Part shown: in pieces, positions 22,401 to 31,277 of the stretch
Layout: each line of letters opens with the position of its first letter
Numbering within the stretch: position 1 is the first letter of the stretch
Source: Thermoplasmataceae archaeon
GTDB lineage: Archaea > Thermoplasmatota > Thermoplasmata > Thermoplasmatales > Thermoplasmataceae
Direction of reading: 5' to 3'
Assembly (NCBI GenBank): GCA_031961165.1
Contig: JAVRLU010000001.1
Coordinates: 10,636 to 74,635 of the forward strand
Length of the DNA stretch: 64,000 nucleotides
Program-made: the position numbers and the translations under genes
The notes under the pieces: model-generated
What the model was told of the DNA's origin: nothing
Databases searched by the model: none
The model's input: the letters and a program-made list of their open reading frames with translations, nothing else

Positions 22401-22710
22401 AGGGAACTATTTTTCTGAATATGAGATAATGTACTCAACGAATCCATCCATGTCAAACGCCAGGACGATAACTATCAGTTCACAGTCCACAAGCGATCTT
22501 TTTATCCTTGGCATAACACCCGGATCAAATTACTATGTGCAGGAAACTGTGCGTCTTACAACTGGGCAGTACTTTCAGAGTGGTAAAATACTCATATCCT
22601 ACAGCAATCCCGTGTATCTCCTTCTGAATATCGTTATAGTTGTGGGAATTCTGGCTTATGCATATATGGCATTCAGAACATTCTACAGAAAAAAAGTAAA
22701 ATATGATTGA
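19447..22710 (+). CDS. Membrane-anchored S53 (sedolisin/kumamolisin-type) serine-carboxyl peptidase with a long glycosylation-sequon-rich C-terminal extension
   Basis: Has an N-terminal signal/TM segment. S53 motifs present are ETSLDVEW, ASGDQGAY and GGTSLAAP. The C-terminal half has carboxypeptidase-regulatory-like and FN3-like segments, then a terminal TM helix plus the basic tail RTFYRKKVKYD. Confidence 0.8.
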   Translation: MLTKKLLVIFVLGAMIITVYGMPSAGSGMDRAVTVADKNTAGNAKTYNVGIVLENDRAQVISFLRDSGISFSVDGNLISFYASNSTPHYIYNFINSTGNSYYDIQSQLNFTGYTMVNPLEAQNPFVYYPSDIYYAYDYTWALDHGITGKGETIAIVDAYGDPSINYDINAFDQITGLPPLNLSVIYINKSETSYNSHWAAETSLDVEWAHASAPLARIDLVVAQNSTVGILSGAISFAIENLHPNIISLSWGIAEYGLPMTYVDSMNAIFRNATREGITIVAASGDQGAYDGTKTLTVNFPASSPYVLGVGGTSLFVNNGVYSQSGWGASASSNKSLGSGGGYSQYFGKPYWQDPAGYNSTMRGVPDVSMLANPDTGVLMISQGQAYDAGGTSLAAPLWAGVVALTDQASGKSLGLVNPILYQASNTPFYNYSFDQIYKGYNGYYSAGPGWNPVTGLGTPRVSNLINVTMEITGPYGTVAVSNYHSERVNATISQKNTNDTYNFVSLYNSANNSVKAGIFYNGSSLSYLIIVEENGMIYEKKIHIGKESSYDVGIQEYNSTFNFTLNSSIEMSKKFYLTYVGNVTPAFGTEMIGSYSNLTNVSASFTGIYSGNESITNFTLDQVHFQSINYSRYDSINILNETSSFNASRSYYYQKYLNKKPDKTYIVYNITYALRPEVNLALSNGNSSVFYVNGKMLPVSNFPASPGKEYVVNTTYDGKNISTRITIPEIYSLDLHDSGDVYPSNISAIVNYFYPFYNNSDNISIPVFLGNNNIKIYSEHFYSETNDYSIYGNETQKFFLKPYDGNFTVMVYPSNVSINMSGESLNFSMGYYYGSFAPGNYTLNINATGFYNYSEKLEVMPGTDYQDQVTMKNSTALYEAEGYVSDGLFNFSLQYVRVNDSKYVSYTNSTGFYTIFLNRTSATINYSRPYYKNTSLNYSMNQGKIPDVKMYPAGITITNLFVPVITNVLPFLFSVAYISWKPYTGNYFSEYEIMYSTNPSMSNARTITISSQSTSDLFILGITPGSNYYVQETVRLTTGQYFQSGKILISYSNPVYLLLNIVIVVGILAYAYMAFRTFYRKKVKYD

Positions 22711-22719
22711 TCCGTAAGA

Positions 22720-23754
22720 TCATTTCAGCGATGCGGCAACCCTGTTCCTGGCCTCAGTCATGTTTCTTAGTTTTTCCTCGCCTATTTTTCTGCTTCTTGT
22801 CCTGAGGCCGCAGTCGGGGTTTATGCGCAGAAGTTCTGGGTCCTGGATTATTCCAAGTGCATACTGTATCCTATCCTCGATGAGGCCAACCGGCTCGATA
22901 TAGTCTATATGGACATCCGTTACTCCTATGCCGAGGTATTTCTTCTTCGTGAGGCTCTGATTTATATCGTTGAAATACCTTATATCCCTATAGCCCGGCC
23001 TCTCTGAATCTGATATGCCCCTTTCCAGCTTATCCCTGTTTGCATACTCCAGGTTGTATGCGTCTATATGAAGATCAGGTATCCTGTCATATACAAGGCG
23101 GTAGTCTGTGCTGTAACAGACATGCAGGCTTATTTCCCCCTCGATCCCGTCCACGCTTCTGTTTATAGCTTCCACAGCGATATCCATCTCCGAAGGATGC
23201 GTGGTGGTTGCCGGTTCGTCTATCTGGACTTCTAATTTGCGGCCGCCGGAAATTGACGGCCATACCTTCTGTATATCCCTGATCTCCTCGTTGATTATCC
23301 TGGCATATTCCATGGCAAGCGCTTCCCTGTCATCGTAATAATCGTTGAATGACCAGTCCATCATGGTGTACGGCCCGGTTATTGGTATCTTCAGGGGTTT
23401 TTTCGTTGCCTTTGCCACGAATTTAACCTCATCGAGATGTATCGGGCGGATTCTCTTCAGTTCCCCGGTAACACTTCCCTTCCTGTAATACCTGTTGTCA
23501 AATGATCTGACCATGCCGTAGAACTTTATGCCGTCTATTTGCGAGGCGGGATGCTCATACATCTCCCACCTGAACATCTCACCGCCTATGCCAACGTTGT
23601 CAATTCCGGTATTCTCGAAAATATTTATCGTTTCCAGAGTAGCTTTTTCAGCCAGTTTTTTAAATTCATCAGTTCCGTAAGCCTTATGGAACACCGATGA
23701 AAGATACTCTGGCTTCCTGAAGCTTCCTATTTCCTGCGTTTTCAATATACCCAT
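22720..23754 (-). CDS. metE: Cobalamin-independent methionine synthase, catalytic (MetE C-terminal-type) domain protein
   Basis: Contains ITGPYTMMDWSF, VQIDEPA, HVCYS and NPDCGLRT (zinc and substrate motifs). ATG at 23754 lies 1 nt after the upstream stop and is preceded by GGTGA. Confidence 0.85.
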   Translation of the reverse strand: MGILKTQEIGSFRKPEYLSSVFHKAYGTDEFKKLAEKATLETINIFENTGIDNVGIGGEMFRWEMYEHPASQIDGIKFYGMVRSFDNRYYRKGSVTGELKRIRPIHLDEVKFVAKATKKPLKIPITGPYTMMDWSFNDYYDDREALAMEYARIINEEIRDIQKVWPSISGGRKLEVQIDEPATTTHPSEMDIAVEAINRSVDGIEGEISLHVCYSTDYRLVYDRIPDLHIDAYNLEYANRDKLERGISDSERPGYRDIRYFNDINQSLTKKKYLGIGVTDVHIDYIEPVGLIEDRIQYALGIIQDPELLRINPDCGLRTRSRKIGEEKLRNMTEARNRVAASLK

Positions 23755-23755
23755 G

Positions 23756-24643
23756 TCATTCACCTATTTTCCCTATAACTTCCACCTTTTTTCCGGCTAC
23801 ATTTTCAGGAAGGAAATCCATGTAATCTGCCGTCGTAACAAGAATGTTTTCTTCATCCCCTATTTTTCCAGCTATTTCTTCAGGGGTTTCGATTTTCGTC
23901 CTGAAGACATCTACAACCTTGAGCCCGGGAATCCTTGAATGCCCTTTTGCCACATCCAAATAATCCTTTTCAGTTACTATCGAGGCAAAAGGATTCCTTA
24001 TCCCCTGAAAATTTTTTTCCGCGATCCTGCCCCGGGTTATCAGGCTTACGTTGAATTTCCCGTTGAAGCCGTCAAAGAAGCCAAGATCAGTACTATTGTA
24101 CGGCAACGCTTCGTAAAGGGCCACATCCCTGGTTTTGTATTCCGAAAGTATTTTTTCATACACCTGCAGAATCGATTCTGAAAATTTTTCCAGTGTTATC
24201 CCAGGTTTATGGACTGACATCATATAAAACGAGTATGGGGAAGGGAAAAACGCTTTCGATCCGTTATCGATCTTGAATAGCGGAAGGGGGAGGCTGTCCT
24301 CAATTTCGCTGAAATCCCTTACGTCTCTTCTCAGCCCTTTTATTGAAGAAACAATGGGCTGCCTGTAAAATGTATTTGTTTCCAGATACCTTGTCAGCGG
24401 GCCGAGTTCAATATCGTCAACTGTAATCGAAAGGGGCCTGAAAATATCGTACCAGTTGAAGAGAGGATCCGTATAATAATCTATATTATTCCTGGAAAAA
24501 AAGTCAGAAATCCTGTCCTTCTCCTCCTGTAACGCTTCGCTGATTTTTTCAGAACTTATGATCCCGCGTTCCCATTCACTTATTTTCCGTCTTAGCGATT
24601 CCTTCTTCGGATAAATCCCGTAAACCATTTTTTCTACTTTCAT
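23756..24643 (-). CDS. MetE N-terminal-domain-like protein (non-catalytic half of a split MetE)
   Basis: YGIYPKKESLRRKISEWERGIIS resembles the MetE N-terminal G.PR.G..REL+.A.E.YW.G. TRYLETNTFYRQP resembles KWFDTNYHY.VPE. Confidence 0.65.
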   Translation of the reverse strand: MKVEKMVYGIYPKKESLRRKISEWERGIISSEKISEALQEEKDRISDFFSRNNIDYYTDPLFNWYDIFRPLSITVDDIELGPLTRYLETNTFYRQPIVSSIKGLRRDVRDFSEIEDSLPLPLFKIDNGSKAFFPSPYSFYMMSVHKPGITLEKFSESILQVYEKILSEYKTRDVALYEALPYNSTDLGFFDGFNGKFNVSLITRGRIAEKNFQGIRNPFASIVTEKDYLDVAKGHSRIPGLKVVDVFRTKIETPEEIAGKIGDEENILVTTADYMDFLPENVAGKKVEVIGKIGE

Positions 24644-24655
24644 ATCTAACGCCTT

Positions 24656-25450
24656 TTAAATTGTCTCCAGAATTTCTCTGGCTATATCATTATGTCCAAG
24701 CGGCATGATGTGTATACCATCCACGTATCCATCAAGAGCTTCAAAAACGTTTCTTATCATCTTGATCGAATTGCCTCTTACATCATCACCGGCAAGGAGT
24801 TTTTCCTTTGCAGTCTCTGATATCTCTATCCCCATGCTGTCTGAGAACTGTATCTGTGCCTTCTTATGAAGCGGAAGGAAACCGGCAATTAGCTTAAAAT
24901 CTCTCCTTTTTATCCATTCCTTTTTCAGGTAATTCTCGGAAAATACAGCCTGGCTTATGAAAAAGTCAAAGCCGGCCCTTTGCTTGGCACGCACTATTTC
25001 CTCCTCCTTCTCCCTGTAAGGGTTGAGAGCTCCACCGATGGTGAAGTGCGGATCGAATTCTTTAATTTTTCTTGCGAGCTGGATGACATCGACCTCCCTT
25101 ACCTCCTTTGACGCGTACTTGCCATCTATCGGGTCTCCTCCCAGAAGCAGAAGGTTCGTTATTCCAAGCTTTTTTGCAGTCAGGAGCTGTGAATAGATGT
25201 AGAGGAGATTCTTATCTCTCGGGGTTATATGGGGCATAACTATTACATCCTTCTCCATTGATGCCATATACAGGGATATGATGGGATCGATCGCCGGGGC
25301 GCCCCTGGGGTTCTCAGGGCACGTCATTGCGTTCACTATCCCGCCGACCTCATCGCCGGCCCTTATGAGGTCCTCCACTCCGCCTGTCTTCTTTGGGACA
25401 ATTTCGACGGATTTCACAAAATCAATGCCCTTGATGCTAGTGCTTCTCAT
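24656..25450 (-). CDS. Methylenetetrahydrofolate reductase (MetF)-like protein
   Basis: VKSVEIVPKKTGG resembles the MetF SVEFFPP+T motif, and LLLLGGDP is present. Its position next to the metE genes supports the call. Confidence 0.65.
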   Translation of the reverse strand: MRSTSIKGIDFVKSVEIVPKKTGGVEDLIRAGDEVGGIVNAMTCPENPRGAPAIDPIISLYMASMEKDVIVMPHITPRDKNLLYIYSQLLTAKKLGITNLLLLGGDPIDGKYASKEVREVDVIQLARKIKEFDPHFTIGGALNPYREKEEEIVRAKQRAGFDFFISQAVFSENYLKKEWIKRRDFKLIAGFLPLHKKAQIQFSDSMGIEISETAKEKLLAGDDVRGNSIKMIRNVFEALDGYVDGIHIMPLGHNDIAREILETI

Positions 25451-25690
25451 TCAGGCGTAAATTATATTATTACTAAAGAACTTTTTTTATTAAAATATTA
25501 CTGGAAGTAATACCACTCACTCAATGTGCAATAAAAACTCTTATAAAATCATAAATAATCTTAACCTGCCTGAAACATAATCGCTGAAATGCCATGTTCC
25601 AGTGTTTTGATCCAGAAAAACACAGTTGTATAATAGGATTCATGGCAAAGCTTAAGGAAGAAAAATTTCATTAGGTATGCATATCTCCGG

Positions 25691-26092
25691 ATGAATAAAA
25701 TGAAAATTGAGATAACCGGGCAGACCGGGGAAAAACACATAATTGTCGGGGCCTATGCCGAAAGAATTTTTGTGAATGCATCAAAGGCAGGCATCGCCCT
25801 TCTTTCATATATCAGGGAATACACACCGTTCAGGAACGCCAGGGAAATTAACGTCCAGGGTGAGCCCTCACATTGTGGCGGCAACGCTGATTATAAAAAT
25901 GATATAACTGGGATTATTATCCATTTCAGGAACATCCCAATGATCGCCCGGGAATCGATTGTGATTAAGGGAAGGGAATGTGCAAGGATACTGGAAGAGT
26001 CCAGTGCACTGAATATGACTCCGGAGCAGTACCTTACCAGTGAATTCTCCCCCTTCATCTCCGTCAGCAAAATAGAGATCCTTAAAGTATAA
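25691..26092 (+). CDS. Hypothetical protein with two tandem ribbon-helix-helix-like segments
   Basis: There is an internal repeat: IIVGAYAERIFVNASKAGIALLSYIREY versus IVIKGRECARILEESSALNMTPEQYLTSEF. Confidence 0.45.
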   Translation: MNKMKIEITGQTGEKHIIVGAYAERIFVNASKAGIALLSYIREYTPFRNAREINVQGEPSHCGGNADYKNDITGIIIHFRNIPMIARESIVIKGRECARILEESSALNMTPEQYLTSEFSPFISVSKIEILKV

Positions 26093-26211
26093 TACGACTG
26101 TATTTCAATTTTGGATAGAAGCCAGGAAAAAAGTTTTGGATTTGCTTGCGAAGAGTTTATATGTGAATGTGGCAATAGGGAGGTGAAATTGTTTCGTCGA
26201 TCATTGATTGC

Positions 26212-26529
26212 ATGACACGAAGCTATTCACAGAAGGAGGTTATGATTGGCATGGCATTTCCCGGAGGAAATTATCCAGTTGATGGCGAGCTCGTTGAATT
26301 CGAGACAGAAGAGGAACCAAAATGGATCACGGTAAAACTGAAGGACGGTTCAATACTTCAGATAAAAATGGAAATTGTTTCAATACTAAGGAACGGAAAC
26401 GATCCGAATACAGGCATACCTAACTATATGATCCAGGCCACTAATATAATAAGGCTTGTCAAGGTGCCAAAAGATCTTATCGTGAAGCCAAAAAAAGGCG
26501 GTGAACAGGGACAGCCTCTCTACAGATAA
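26212..26529 (+). CDS. Hypothetical protein (105 aa), no recognisable family
   Basis: The ORF has coding-like composition, and GGGAGGTGA lies upstream. I recognise no motif. Confidence 0.45.
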   Translation: MTRSYSQKEVMIGMAFPGGNYPVDGELVEFETEEEPKWITVKLKDGSILQIKMEIVSILRNGNDPNTGIPNYMIQATNIIRLVKVPKDLIVKPKKGGEQGQPLYR

Positions 26530-26595
26530 AATTTTGATTCTATGCGTTTATTTTGCGGGATTTTTATTATCCGTGGATTAAGTTTTTAAGCAAGT

Positions 26596-27003
26596 TTGTT
26601 TTATTGCTCTGTGGATGAGAAAGACAAAATTATCGTAAATCTGCTGCAGGATAATTCGAGGATAAGCAATACCGAGATAGCCAAGGTTCTAAACGTTTCT
26701 GAAGGAACAATCAGGAAGAGGATCCGCAAGCTATACGATTCAGGAGTAATAAAGAAATTTACGATAGAGACATCACAGCCGGAAGTTGATGCGCTCGTTC
26801 TTCTGAAAATTGATTCCAAGCGTTACCGCGAAGTGCTGAAAATTATAAATTTAAAGTACTCTGAGATATATGAGTTTACAGGAAAAATAGACGTGGCAAT
26901 TCGAATAAAATGTAATTCTATTGATGAATTAAACGGCATAGTTGACGAGATCAGGGAAATTGATGGCGTTTTGGATACGGATACCCTCGTGAGACTGAAA
27001 TAA
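26596..27003 (+). CDS. Lrp/AsnC family transcriptional regulator
   Basis: The HTH is DEKDKIIVNLLQDNSRISNTEIAKVLNVSEGTIRKRIRKL, followed by a C-terminal RAM-like domain. The start is TTG at 26596 or GTG at 26611. Confidence 0.85.
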   Translation: MFYCSVDEKDKIIVNLLQDNSRISNTEIAKVLNVSEGTIRKRIRKLYDSGVIKKFTIETSQPEVDALVLLKIDSKRYREVLKIINLKYSEIYEFTGKIDVAIRIKCNSIDELNGIVDEIREIDGVLDTDTLVRLK

Positions 27004-27159
27004 CCGCATCATTACGAAAGGAATAGGATTTTTAATCGGCGGGCTTGAAATTTCTCTTAATATTTTAATGGCCAGCGAAATCCAAATCCACTCTATTTAT
27101 CAACCTGATATGGAAAATATATGGTGAAAAGATTATAAATGATATGCAGATCACGAAGC

Positions 27160-27244
<85 letters not shown>

Positions 27245-27403
27245 CTCCGCAAAATTTAATGGAAAATTTCACAGAAATTTATACGGAAATGCAGCGTTTC
27301 ATCCAATACTGCGATGTTAATACGATCATTTTCATTCTTTCCGTATAAAAACGGAATCAGTTCAACTGGAAAAAGATAATTAACTAAAAATGATTATATC
27401 ACC

Positions 27404-28015
27404 ATGGCATTTATTTTCAGGCCGTATGCAGAAGCATCTCCGGATGTTACCGTAAAATGGTCATGGTTTGATAAAGATCGGGGCCTTGTGGAATGGCTAT
27501 TCAAAAATACAGCTAACGTAAAGAAGAATGCTGTGCTTTACAGGAATGGATACTATTTTGGAAATGCTTTTTGGCCCGTTTATTTGGAAAACTCAGGGTT
27601 CAATACGCAATTTGCTGTCAGCGACGGAATCCTGAGGGATAAGGGCACAGAAAACAATTCCGCACCTCTTTTTGTGGCTGATTTTTCCGGAAGATATATT
27701 GTCGCTTTCCTATTTTCACTTGGACCCGGGCAGAAATGGAGCATCCTTGAGGGCGGGTTCAGCAGAGCAATGGAACCATCGGGATACGCTGCTTACGAGG
27801 TTTCAGGGATCAGGATCGAAGAGATCTGCGCGGGATACGCACCGCAACAGGTTACGGACTGGAACAGGCAGACCGGTACGGATATGGACGGCTATTCCCC
27901 GAATCCATCTACATTCAGATCAGTTGTGGGAAACGTAAATGCTATCTTCGTTCAGTTATTTAAAGATCCGGTGAGGCCAGGGCAATGCAATGCGGCTAAG
28001 GAAGAAGGGCTATAA
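27404..28015 (+). CDS. Hypothetical protein (203 aa), orphan, with a locally GC-rich 3' half
   Basis: It is a long ORF with no motif I recognise. It lies 160 nt downstream of tRNA-Leu. Confidence 0.5.
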   Translation: MAFIFRPYAEASPDVTVKWSWFDKDRGLVEWLFKNTANVKKNAVLYRNGYYFGNAFWPVYLENSGFNTQFAVSDGILRDKGTENNSAPLFVADFSGRYIVAFLFSLGPGQKWSILEGGFSRAMEPSGYAAYEVSGIRIEEICAGYAPQQVTDWNRQTGTDMDGYSPNPSTFRSVVGNVNAIFVQLFKDPVRPGQCNAAKEEGL

Positions 28016-28253
28016 ACTATGGCTGGCAAATAACCAGTTTGAAACTCCGTATATCAATATTTTGGCCTTTATTTTTATGATCTTCCGGACCGGGAATCTT
28101 TCTAGTATATATATTATTCGGATTGAAATTTGACGAGTAATGCTAATCATTATCATGATATATATATTTATTCAATTTCAAATATATATGCTTGATTTTA
28201 GCTTTCATGCGATATAAAAGGAAGCTTTATATCTTGAACAATTATAGCTCAAC

Positions 28254-29677
28254 ATGACGGAAAATGCTCACATTCATTTAAAAGCAAATGCTGTAGGGTT
28301 CTGGCCACTTCTAGGGCAGGCTATTGCAATGATATCGCCCCTTGGTGCCATGGCGGCAACTATGACGGGTTCTGCGAGCGTTGCTTTAGGATCTCTTCCG
28401 CTTGCTTATTTTATTGCAATATTCGCCGTTCTGTTCTGGATTAACACGCCGTACCAGTATTCAAAAAAATAGCCTCCGCTGGTGGTTTTTATACATATAA
28501 TTCACAGGGTGCGGGCCCATATTACGGCTCGATATCCGGATACGTACTTTTGTTTTCCTATTTCATGACGTATACAAACGCCATCCTGTTTATTTCAGCT
28601 GTTTTCATTCCAGGTCTTTTCTCAATATTCTTCGGAATAACAATTAATTCATACATATGGATCCCGCTCCTTATAGTAATTGGAGTGCTGGTTCTGATAC
28701 CTGCCTATCTCGGCATTCAGGGTTCGACACGTTACAGCCTTGCTTCATCAGTGATTCAGATCGCGCTCATGATTATACTTTCCCTTGTGATAATTTTCAT
28801 AAAAGGTTCTAGCAATACATGGGCACCATTCACTCCAGGTCCAGCCCATGGGTTTGGCCCGGTTTTCGTTGGCATGATACTGGCAATATTTTCAATGTCT
28901 GGATCATCGGCAGTTGTTGCCCTTGGAGAGGAAGCAAAACAGCCCAAGAAAAATATAAGAAATGCACTGCTGATAAGTTTTCTGATTACGGGAGTCGTAT
29001 TCGTCCTGACATCATATGCCCTCACGGTAGGATGGGGGATTAACAATATGGCTGCATTTGCAGCAAGCGGCGCCCCCGGGACAGGCCAGGGAGTTCCAGG
29101 GATAATTCTGGCGGAAAGATACATAGGGCTGCCTATGGCAATAGTTATGATGGTATTCGTAATAAACAGCCTTTATACAGGATCGCTGGCACCGCTTAAC
29201 AGCGCTGGAAGGATGCTCTTTGCAATGTCAAGGGACGGAATAGCGCCAAAATATTTCTTCGGCGTACACAAAAAGTTCAAGACGCCACATATGGCGCTGA
29301 TCTTTCTGGCGGTTATAGGAATACTTATTTCTCTCGCGGCTGGCCTTATATTCGGGCCATTTAATGGTTTCCTTTACCTTGTAACTGCTTCTGCCGTTGC
29401 GCTGTTTATAGGCCATATGATGACTGATCTCTCTCTTCCGCTGGAATATAAGAAAGTAAAGGAATTCGCAATCTCAAAGCACGCAATATTCCCTGCGGTC
29501 TCATTTGCATTCCTGATAATAGGAATATACTACAGTTTCTTCCCTATAACGTATCCAGAAGATATATCTATAATAACAGCAGTTGTCTTTATGGTTGCCA
29601 TGGCTGTCTTTCTAAAAATATACATAAATAGACACAGGGAGATCAGGGATAAAATCGGGTCCACGCCGATACAGTGA
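28254..29677 (+). pseudogene. APC-family amino acid permease interrupted by a frameshift in an A7 run (28463..28469)
   Basis: ORF 28254..28472 ends in ...YQYSKK*. Shifting one frame reads ..KKIASAGGFYTYNSQGAGPYYGSISGYVLLFSY, which runs into ORF 28550..29677. Together they give a full-length multi-TM permease. Confidence 0.75.
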
Positions 29678-29861
29678 CATAAGTATTTCAAAAAAACATA
29701 TTTATATTTAATTTAAATTTATTTATGTTTTCAAAATACTTCCAAAAAGTTTTACACTCTTATAAAAAACGGGTTGATGGATCAATTTAAAGAAGAGATC
29801 AATTAAGAGGCTGCGATATAATTATATATCAAACTGAAATGTAGAACTTACAGTGATTTGA

Positions 29862-30131
29862 ATGGCAGAGGAGAACACAATTTTTATCGGAAAAAAACCA
29901 ACAATGAACTATGTTCTTGCAGTAGTTACACAATTTAACAACAATGCCAGCAAGATAGTCATTAAAGCGCGTGGTAAAACGATCAGTAAAGCTGTTGATG
30001 TTGCAGAGATTACAAAGCACAAGTTTATCCAGGACGTCAAGTACGAGGAGATCAAGCTTGATACAGAAGTACTTCACGGTGATCGTGGAGATTCTAATGT
30101 TTCTTCAATAGAGATAACCTTAGCGCGTTAA
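29862..30131 (+). CDS. albA: Chromatin protein Alba (Sac10b family)
   Basis: NTIFIGKKPTMNYVLAVVTQFNNNASKIVIKARGKTISKAVDVAEI is the canonical Alba pattern. Length is 89 aa. Confidence 0.92.
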   Translation: MAEENTIFIGKKPTMNYVLAVVTQFNNNASKIVIKARGKTISKAVDVAEITKHKFIQDVKYEEIKLDTEVLHGDRGDSNVSSIEITLAR

Positions 30132-30284
30132 TTTTATAATTTTCTCTTTTAAATAGCATATGACTGCTTTTGTTCCTCAAATTTTCCATCGTAAATATAA
30201 GGCAGCAATTTTTTTCATTAATGCATATTTAAGGGACAGAAATTATTAAACGCTTGAATTAATATAGATGTAGAACTGGTTTTT

Positions 30285-31265
30285 ATGAAGAGTTTTCTTG
30301 AATGGGAGTCGGCCCTTCACCGAAAAGTCGAGGAGGTAAACGAAAGGCTTTATTCAATTATAAGGAGCAGCGAGCCTGATCTTGACAGGATGTCAAGATA
30401 TACCATCGAGGCAGGGGGTAAAAGATTCAGGCCGCTTCTCACAATTCTCGCTTACCAGTCAAGTACTGACGAATCATACGAAAAAATACTTGATCTGGCG
30501 GCTGGTTACGAACTTATACATACGGCAAGCCTGATCCACGATGATATAATCGATGATTCATCCATGAGGAGGGGCCGCGAAACGCTAAATTATAAGGATG
30601 GAATAAACAATGCAATTGTGGTTGGGGATTACCTTTTTGCGAAGGCATATGAACTCGGGTCCAGGTATGGCCCAAAGGTATCCAAGATAATGGCAGATGC
30701 TTCAAGCCGCCTGGCGGAGGGGCAAATCCTTGAGGCCATGAATCTTAAAAACCTCAATATTACGGAGGAGACATATTACAAGATCATAGAGAATAAGACC
30801 GCGCATTTTTTCGAGGCATGCGCCCTTGGAGCTACGGTTGCTGCGGGTGCTGAAGAAGCTGTTGTAGAATCGCTTTCAAAATTTGCATTTAACCTGGGCA
30901 TGGCCTTCCAGGTTACGGACGACATCCTTGACATAACCGGTGACGATAAATATACCGGAAAACCGACTTTTGTTGACATAAAACACGATGCGCTGACCCT
31001 TCCAATAATATACGCCCTGAAGAATTCCGGAGAAGATGATCGGAATACTATACTTGACATGCTGAACAATAAGGAAGAGATAGACAAGAAGAGGCTAAAG
31101 GAAATTTTTCTGAGAAGCGGATCGATCGACTATTCGTTTTCCATTGCCAAGAAATTCATAGAAACAGCGATGGGCTATCTGAAGAACGCAAAGAAATCTC
31201 CAGATATAGATCTTCTCATGGAGCTAGCCTTAATAGTCATTGAGAGGATAGAGATATTTGAATGA
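30285..31265 (+). CDS. idsA: Polyprenyl (geranylgeranyl-type) diphosphate synthase
   Basis: Has the first Asp-rich motif LIHDDIIDD and the second FQVTDDILD. Length is 326 aa. Confidence 0.88.
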   Translation: MKSFLEWESALHRKVEEVNERLYSIIRSSEPDLDRMSRYTIEAGGKRFRPLLTILAYQSSTDESYEKILDLAAGYELIHTASLIHDDIIDDSSMRRGRETLNYKDGINNAIVVGDYLFAKAYELGSRYGPKVSKIMADASSRLAEGQILEAMNLKNLNITEETYYKIIENKTAHFFEACALGATVAAGAEEAVVESLSKFAFNLGMAFQVTDDILDITGDDKYTGKPTFVDIKHDALTLPIIYALKNSGEDDRNTILDMLNNKEEIDKKRLKEIFLRSGSIDYSFSIAKKFIETAMGYLKNAKKSPDIDLLMELALIVIERIEIFE

Positions 31266-31277
31266 AGTGTGATCTTA

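Noticed and set aside
27245-28253. Integrated element at tRNA-Leu(UAA), tested by searching for a direct repeat of the tRNA 3' end
   Set aside because: I found no second copy of the tRNA 3' segment (GGGTTCAAATCCCGCCCCTCGCA) downstream and no integrase gene. Only the compositional anomaly is reported.
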